A stretch of DNA of 50,273 nucleotides from Candidatus Pacearchaeota archaeon. GTDB taxonomy: Archaea > Nanobdellota > Nanobdellia > Pacearchaeales > GW2011-AR1. Numbering within the stretch: the first letter of the stretch is position 1; each line of letters starts with the position of its first letter. The stretch is taken from contig JAFCDZ010000003.1 in the NCBI GenBank assembly GCA_017609405.1, forward strand, positions 1 through 50,273. The letters are read 5' to 3'. A model generated the notes under the pieces. It did no database searches and was not told where the DNA came from. It saw nothing but the letters and a program-made list of their open reading frames with translations. Position numbers and translations under genes: made by a program. Below are positions 44,461 to 50,273 of this stretch, one piece after another.

Positions 44461-45042
44461 ATGAAGGAGAATATTTACGATAAATATAATCTTTTTATTT
44501 TATTAATAACTTCTTTTATCTTGATTTGTTTTGAGATATACTCTTTAGGCAGGAATAGCCATTATAAATATGATTTTATTTTTTTGATGCTGTTGCTTTT
44601 TGGAGTCTATTTTTTCAAAGATAAAATAAAACTCCACCCTTTCCATTATTTTTTATTTTCTATTTTTCTTATTCTTCATAACCTTGGGGTTTTTGGTTTT
44701 TATAGTCGTTTTTATTTTGGTATTGAATATGATTTTTATGTTCACACTTTTTTTGGGATTGTTAGTTCATTGATTCTTTATAGAACTTATAATCTTATTG
44801 GTCCATATAAGGGATGGTTTAAATATATTGTAATTATTGCAGTTGTTCTTGGATTTTCTGCTTTTCATGAATTATTTGAGTATGCTGGAGCAGTTTTGCT
44901 TGGAAAGGGTGAAGGTGTTTTGTTTGTTGGTGCAGGGGATATTGATCCTTGGGATACTCAAAAGGACATGAGAAACAACCTCTTTGGGGCTTTAATTGGT
45001 TTGGGGTTTTATTGGGTGAAATCTAAATTCTCCAAAGGATAG
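44461..45042 (+). CDS. DUF2238/YjdF-like integral membrane protein
   Basis: Multi-TM with H..G, YDFYVH..FG, HELFEY, DTQKDM..N..GA motifs. Confidence 0.78.
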   Translation: MKENIYDKYNLFILLITSFILICFEIYSLGRNSHYKYDFIFLMLLLFGVYFFKDKIKLHPFHYFLFSIFLILHNLGVFGFYSRFYFGIEYDFYVHTFFGIVSSLILYRTYNLIGPYKGWFKYIVIIAVVLGFSAFHELFEYAGAVLLGKGEGVLFVGAGDIDPWDTQKDMRNNLFGALIGLGFYWVKSKFSKG

Positions 45043-45075
45043 TTTTAAAAAATTCTTTTTTTCTTTATGTTATAT

Positions 45076-45148
45076 AGCCCTGTAGTACAGCGGTCAAGTA
45101 TGCGGGATTCTGGCTCCCGTGACCCAGGTTCGAATCCTGGCAGGGCTA
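45076..45148 (+). tRNA. tRNA-Gln (CTG), no intron, CCA not encoded
   Basis: AGCCCTG/CAGGGCT acceptor stem (A1-U72), CGGGA-TTCTGGC-TCCCG anticodon arm, CCAGG-TTCGAAT-CCTGG T-arm. Confidence 0.96.
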
Positions 45149-45224
45149 TTTTTTTAAAAAAACGGAAAAATTGTTGGTATTCTCTTATCAATAAATTTAA
45201 AAACTTTGATATCTTTAAAAAAAC

Positions 45225-45479
45225 ATGGAAAAAGAAGTTGGCAGAGTTTTTGATTATTTTTCTAAAGTAGGTGTTGCAGCAATTAAATTAACAGACTCTC
45301 TTAAGGTGGGGGATAGAATTCATATAAAAGGGAGCACTACTGATTTTGAAACAACAGTTGAAAGCATGCAGATTAATCGGGAAAGTATCTCTGAAGCAAA
45401 TGCTGGAGATGATGTTGGTATAAAAGTTCCTGATAGAGTAAGACCTAATGATAAGGTTTTTGTGATTACTGAGGATTAA
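45225..45479 (+). CDS. Translation-factor-like beta-barrel protein (EF-Tu domain 2/U32 C-terminal-like)
   Basis: VGRVFDYFSKVGVAAI, LKVGDRI, VESMQI, A.AGDDVGIKV..RVR.ND.V. Confidence 0.8.
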   Translation: MEKEVGRVFDYFSKVGVAAIKLTDSLKVGDRIHIKGSTTDFETTVESMQINRESISEANAGDDVGIKVPDRVRPNDKVFVITED

Positions 45480-46626
45480 ATAAGACATAAAACTCTCTTC
45501 CTACGATTTGTTCTTCTCTGAATTCTCTTATAGGAAATTTAATTTCGTTTTTTAATATTTTTAATTTAGTTTTACTACATATTTTATTTATATCACAGCC
45601 AATTCTTTTGTTTTCATTTGTCTTAATTAATGGTGCAGTAAAAGAGATTTTTCCATCTTTCCCTAAACTTTTTTTTAGATTATTTAAAACATTTATTATT
45701 AGATTTTCAAATTTTTTAACAATTTCTTGCGCTTGTTTTTTATTAACTGGTTTTTTTAGTAGAATTCCTAATGAGGGCTCTGTTGCAATACAATTAAATT
45801 TTTCTATTTTTATTTTGGATGAATTCCCCTTTATTAATTTGTATTTTCCAATTTTTTTATACTCTTTTTTTAGCCAATTTATATTTTTTTCAGCGTTTCT
45901 AACTGCTTTTTCATCTATGTCTATTCCAATTACATTTATCTTTTGAATTAATGCTTCTTGTAATATTACTCCTATTCCACAAAAAGGGTCTAGTAATGTT
46001 TGTTTTTCTTTTACTTCTGACAAGTTTATAAGGATCTTTGCTAGTCTTGGGGATATTGCAAGAGCTTCTCTTCTTACTGGTTTTTTCATATCTCTTTTTT
46101 CAATCTCTTTTTGGTTTGAGACTGATTCTATAATCCCAAAGTAATATTTTTTATCTTTGAATAGAAAATAAGAAGTATCATTTGTAATTATTTTTGAAGG
46201 GGTCCCGTAAATTATTTTTTTATTTTGGAGTTTGATTGTTCCTTTAGGTGGATTATAAAGTGCTTTTAATCCCTCTTTTTTAAATTTCTCTTTTATAATT
46301 CTAAGGATTTTATCATGAGATTCTTCGTCTGAGAAATTAAATAAAGTATATTTAAATTTTATTTTTTCATTTTTGTAAATTTCTTCTCTTTTTATTTTTT
46401 CAAGTATGTTTCCAAGATCACCTTCAAATAATGTTTTTCCAATCGCTATTGTTCCGCCTGTTTCATTTATTGTTTGTTCTGGGTTTATTTCTTTATTTAA
46501 TTCAATTAATAAAGCATTTCTTTTAAGAATAAAGCCCTCTTTTTTTATGTTCTTCCTTCTTAGATAAGCAAAGATTTCTGCACAAGATAATTTTGTATTT
46601 CTTCCAAATAAAAATAAATATCTCAT
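45466..46626 (-). CDS. Trm11/TrmG10-like RNA methyltransferase
   Basis: ISPRLAKILINL, LLDPFCGIGVILQEA, GIDID, IATEP. Confidence 0.8.
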   Translation of the reverse strand: MRYLFLFGRNTKLSCAEIFAYLRRKNIKKEGFILKRNALLIELNKEINPEQTINETGGTIAIGKTLFEGDLGNILEKIKREEIYKNEKIKFKYTLFNFSDEESHDKILRIIKEKFKKEGLKALYNPPKGTIKLQNKKIIYGTPSKIITNDTSYFLFKDKKYYFGIIESVSNQKEIEKRDMKKPVRREALAISPRLAKILINLSEVKEKQTLLDPFCGIGVILQEALIQKINVIGIDIDEKAVRNAEKNINWLKKEYKKIGKYKLIKGNSSKIKIEKFNCIATEPSLGILLKKPVNKKQAQEIVKKFENLIINVLNNLKKSLGKDGKISFTAPLIKTNENKRIGCDINKICSKTKLKILKNEIKFPIREFREEQIVGREFYVLFNPQ

Positions 46627-46656
46627 ATCTAATTTAAAAATAATTCATTAATAAAC

Positions 46657-48795
46657 TTATTTCTTCTTTGTTTTCTTAACTTCTTTTATTTCTTTTCCGT
46701 TTGATTTTGAGACTTCTAAAAGGGCTTTATCAAAATCTTCTTTTTTAATCTTCAATTCTTCTTTTTTACCTTTCTTTTGATATACTCTTTTTATTGCGTT
46801 TATTCCAGCGTTTCTACATACTGCTTCTATGTCTGCCCCGCTCCAGCCATCTGTTTTCTCAACATATTCTTCTATTTTTACGTTTTTGTCAAGAGGCATA
46901 TCTCTTGTGTGCACCTTAAATATTTTTTTCCTTGTTTCTTTATCTGGAAGTCCTAATTCTACTATTGAATCTATTCTTCCTGCTCTTAATAATGCAGGGT
47001 CAATTAATTCTTTTCTATTTGTTGCAGCAATTACAATCACTTTTTCAAGTTCTTCAATTCCATCTAGTTCTGTTAATAATTGGTTCACAACTCTATCTGA
47101 GGAATCATTTATTCCTGTTCCTCTATGCTTTGATATGCTATCAAATTCGTCAAAGAATATTATAGCTGGGGCAACTTGTCTCGCTTTTTTAAATATCTCT
47201 CTTACTCTTTTTTCACTTTCTCCCACCCATTTACTTATTAATTCCGGACCTTTTACTGCAATAAAGTTTGCATTTGATTCATTTGCAACAGCTTTTGCCA
47301 ATAAAGTTTTTCCTGTTCCAGGAGGTCCTGCGAGAAGTACTCCTTTTGATGGCTTAATACCTGCTTTTTTAAATAGGTCTGGTCTTAATAATGGAAGTTC
47401 TACTAATTCTCTTAATTTTTCTTTTGCTTCTTCTAGTCCTCCAATATCATCCCATGTCACACTTGGTTTGTTTATTAATACTTCCCTCATTGCAGAGGGC
47501 TCTACTTGTTTCATTGCTTCTATGAAATGTTCTCTTTTTACTTTTATTTTGTCCAATATTTCTGTTGGTATTTTTTCATGAAGTTCTTTTAATTCAGAGA
47601 AATATGGTTTTATTGATTTTAATGCAGCTTCTTTACATAGCACTTCTAAATCTGCACCAGTATATCCAATTGTTCTCTCTGCTAATTCATCAAAATCAAT
47701 ATCTTTATCAAGAGGCATTCCTCTTGTATGTATTTTTAATATTTCTTTTCTCCCTTCTTTGTCTGGAGGGTTGATTCTTATTTCTCTATCAAACCTTCCG
47801 GGCCTTCTCAAAGCAGGGTCAATATCATCTGGTCTGTTTGTTGCAGCCATTACAACTACATGGCCTCTTGATTTTAATCCATCCATTAAAGTTAATAATT
47901 GTGCAACAACTCTTTTTTCAGTTTGGTCTGTTCCTTCACCTCTTTTTGGAGCTATTGAATCTATTTCATCAATAAATATAACTGATGGAGCATTTTTTTC
48001 TGCTTGTTCAAATATGTCTCTTAATTGTTTTTCAGATTCTCCATAATACTTGCTCATTATTTCTGGTCCTGCTATTGAAAAGAAAGCAGAATCAGTCTCA
48101 TTTGCAACAGCTTTTGCCAATAAAGTTTTTCCTGTTCCAGGAGGACCAGATAAGAGAACACCTTTTGGAGCCCCGACACCTAATTTTTCAAATACTTCAG
48201 GATGTTTCATCGGTAATTCTACCATTTCTCGTATTAGTTCTATTTCGTTTTTTAACCCTCCAATATCTTCATAAGTTATTCCTGTTGCTCTTAAATCTCC
48301 AGAGTATGGAGTATCTGAAATTATCAGTTTTGTTGAAGGTGTTATAATGACATTTGTTCTTGGAGTTGTTTTAGATACAACATAGCTTAACCTTGTTCCA
48401 AAAACATCAATTATTATTTTTTGTCCAATTTTAACAGGAGTCCCAAGAAGTTTTGTATGAAAATATTCTGTAGGTTCTTCAGAAAACTTCACTTCTTGTA
48501 AAGGAGATATTGTTACTGATTTTGCTTTTTCTACTTTTGCTGCTGAAACTTTTATTTTATCTCCAATAGATACTCCTAAATTTGACCTCGTAGTTCCATC
48601 CATCCTTATTGTTTTCTCTCCCTTGTTTTTATCCCTCATTGCTTTTGCAATTACTATATTTTTTCCTTTTATCTCTACAACATCACCAGAAACAATTCCA
48701 ATTTCTTCCATTATATCTGAGGGGATTCTAACAATTCCCTTATCTACGTCTTCTTGCAACGCTCCTATTACTTTAAGTTCAACTTCTTTTCCCAT
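46657..48795 (-). CDS. cdc48: CDC48/VAT AAA+ ATPase
   Basis: N-domain, two AAA modules ([26 protein letters not shown]), YEDIGGL/WDDIGGL. Confidence 0.97.
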   Translation of the reverse strand: MGKEVELKVIGALQEDVDKGIVRIPSDIMEEIGIVSGDVVEIKGKNIVIAKAMRDKNKGEKTIRMDGTTRSNLGVSIGDKIKVSAAKVEKAKSVTISPLQEVKFSEEPTEYFHTKLLGTPVKIGQKIIIDVFGTRLSYVVSKTTPRTNVIITPSTKLIISDTPYSGDLRATGITYEDIGGLKNEIELIREMVELPMKHPEVFEKLGVGAPKGVLLSGPPGTGKTLLAKAVANETDSAFFSIAGPEIMSKYYGESEKQLRDIFEQAEKNAPSVIFIDEIDSIAPKRGEGTDQTEKRVVAQLLTLMDGLKSRGHVVVMAATNRPDDIDPALRRPGRFDREIRINPPDKEGRKEILKIHTRGMPLDKDIDFDELAERTIGYTGADLEVLCKEAALKSIKPYFSELKELHEKIPTEILDKIKVKREHFIEAMKQVEPSAMREVLINKPSVTWDDIGGLEEAKEKLRELVELPLLRPDLFKKAGIKPSKGVLLAGPPGTGKTLLAKAVANESNANFIAVKGPELISKWVGESEKRVREIFKKARQVAPAIIFFDEFDSISKHRGTGINDSSDRVVNQLLTELDGIEELEKVIVIAATNRKELIDPALLRAGRIDSIVELGLPDKETRKKIFKVHTRDMPLDKNVKIEEYVEKTDGWSGADIEAVCRNAGINAIKRVYQKKGKKEELKIKKEDFDKALLEVSKSNGKEIKEVKKTKKK

Positions 48796-48796
48796 T

Positions 48797-49168
48797 TTAT
48801 TTCATTTTGAAGATTACCTCCAATACCCCATTTTTGAGAGTATATTTTGGTTTTTTAGGTATCACAAAAGAGGGTAATGTTTTTTTTATGAATATTCCTC
48901 TTGAGAGTTTTTCTTTTAGATAGTCTTGAACATCTCCCACATCATCTTTCTTTGCTTTTATTTCTATAAAATTTCCTGTTACTTTTAATTCTATATCTTC
49001 TTCATCATATCCAGGCAATTCGAAAAGTAAATATACATAATCTTCTGTGTTTATTATTGAAATACCTCTTTCGTCTTTCCATCTCACTCTGCGGTGTGCT
49101 GGAGATTGACTACCTCTAAAGAATTCTCTTAAAATTTCTTCAAAGGGGTCGTCACTAAAAAAATCCAT
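48797..49168 (-). CDS. Small heat shock protein (Hsp20)
   Basis: ELPGYDEEDI, KNGVLEV; in operon with cdc48. Confidence 0.87.
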   Translation of the reverse strand: MDFFSDDPFEEILREFFRGSQSPAHRRVRWKDERGISIINTEDYVYLLFELPGYDEEDIELKVTGNFIEIKAKKDDVGDVQDYLKEKLSRGIFIKKTLPSFVIPKKPKYTLKNGVLEVIFKMK

Positions 49169-49169
49169 C

Positions 49170-49598
49170 TTAATTTATTTTTACCTCCCTTTTATCGGGT
49201 TTTTTCTTTGGAATTGTTATTTTTAAAATTCCATTTTTGTAACTTGCTTCGATATTTTCTTTGTCCCCATCTTCAGGGATTGTGATTGTTTTCATGAATC
49301 CAACATAATTACTTGAATAGTATCTTGTTCTTTCATTCTCTTGCTTTTTCTCTGTTTTTTTCTCTGCTCTGATTTGAATTCTGTTGTTAATTATGTCCAT
49401 TTTTATGTTATTTTTTTCAACTCCTGGAAGTTCTACTTCAAATACATATTCTTTTTCATTCTCTTTTAGATTGTAGAAAGCTCTTCGATAATTTCTGTTT
49501 TTTTGATTATTAAATCTTCTTGTAAAATATGAGAACAAAGAATCCATCCTTCTATTAATCCTCTTTATTTCATCCCATAGATTATTATCACTTATCAT
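49170..49598 (-). CDS. Small heat shock protein (Hsp20)
   Basis: ELPGVEKNNI, ASYKNGILKITIPK. Confidence 0.92.
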   Translation of the reverse strand: MISDNNLWDEIKRINRRMDSLFSYFTRRFNNQKNRNYRRAFYNLKENEKEYVFEVELPGVEKNNIKMDIINNRIQIRAEKKTEKKQENERTRYYSSNYVGFMKTITIPEDGDKENIEASYKNGILKITIPKKKPDKREVKIN

Positions 49599-49716
49599 GT
49601 TTTTATTATGCTTTTTCCCTTTTTAAACCTTTCGCTTAATAAAAACGATTTTTATTTAAAAAAGATGTTTTGTAGTAAATAAAAACATTTATAAATATTA
49701 AAAAACTAATTTTTTT

Positions 49717-50118
49717 ATGGTAAAAGTAATCTTAAATAAGGTTAACAAACCTTTAAAATCTAAGAAATTTTCTGAGCAAATTGAGTGGATATGTTCTAGT
49801 CTTGGTTTTATTCAGGGGAGGGATATAGAAAAAACCTCTGTTAAAATTGTCTGCGAACTTCTTAAAGGATTTAAAAAAGAACCCCTTCTTTCTTCTGAAG
49901 AACTTTCAAAAAAACTTCATATAGATCAAGCAAGAATAAATCACCATTTAAGAAAACTTGTTGATTCTGGTTTTTTGATAAGAAGAAAGAGAAAAGTTGG
50001 TTTAAGGGGGGGTAGTATTTTTGAGGCAATTTCAGAACTAAAAAGAGAGGCAGACGCTATCTTTGACGATATTCTGGAAATATCAAAAGAAATTGATAGA
50101 AAATTATTTGGTTTATGA
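49717..50118 (+). CDS. Winged-helix transcriptional regulator
   Basis: SSEELSKKL...INHHLRKLVDSG HTH; divergent from the hsp20 operon. Confidence 0.8.
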   Translation: MVKVILNKVNKPLKSKKFSEQIEWICSSLGFIQGRDIEKTSVKIVCELLKGFKKEPLLSSEELSKKLHIDQARINHHLRKLVDSGFLIRRKRKVGLRGGSIFEAISELKREADAIFDDILEISKEIDRKLFGL

Positions 50119-50273
50119 TTATTTGTTTTAGTACTTTTTCTTTTGAAGTTTTAAAGAAGATTTGTCCGTGGCTAAGAATTCCATGAAACGCCCCGGCCTA
50201 CTCAAGCCTGCACTCGTATTGATATTCTTTTATTTTTAACTATTGTCTCGTGCAAGCTTTCGGATTCGAACTC

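Noticed and set aside
44461-45042. DUF2238 membrane protein as a type III membrane effector
   Set aside because: No CARF/SAVED sensor domain, outside the cas operon, with its own promoter-like element; adjacency alone is insufficient
33700-45148. cas locus as a tRNA-integrated island
   Set aside because: No integrase, no duplicated tRNA 3' end seen, and the locus lies on the 5' side of the tRNA
45067-45270. 67-aa ORF
   Set aside because: Overlaps tRNA-Gln; shadow ORF

Overview
AT-rich archaeal chromosome segment, most consistent with a DPANN (Pacearchaeota/Woesearchaeota-like) genome. This is inferred from rpl10e, rpl35Ae, rpl41e, rfcS/L, cdc48, a tRNA-Gln with an A1-U72 pair, and TATA boxes about 25 nt before start codons. 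From left to right it holds: small regulator modules (ArsR-TDT transporter-NifX-like; PadR-COG1361; radical SAM-GbsR-like-micropeptide); a frameshifted DUF218 gene; an uncharacterised cluster with a metal-dependent TIM barrel and two paralogous nucleotidyltransferase/HEPN-like proteins; an Smc whose hinge appears replaced by a Rad50-type CxxC zinc hook; RNase HII, EndoIV, glycosyltransferases, a dispersed AmmeMemoRadiSam trio and RFC; a complete type III-A CRISPR-Cas locus (cas6-cas10-csm2-5, CARF-HEPN effector, cas1, cas2, 24-spacer array); tRNA-Gln; and an hsp20-hsp20-cdc48 operon. Several small ORFs missing from the ORF track were read by hand. All calls come from motif recognition only; no searches were run.
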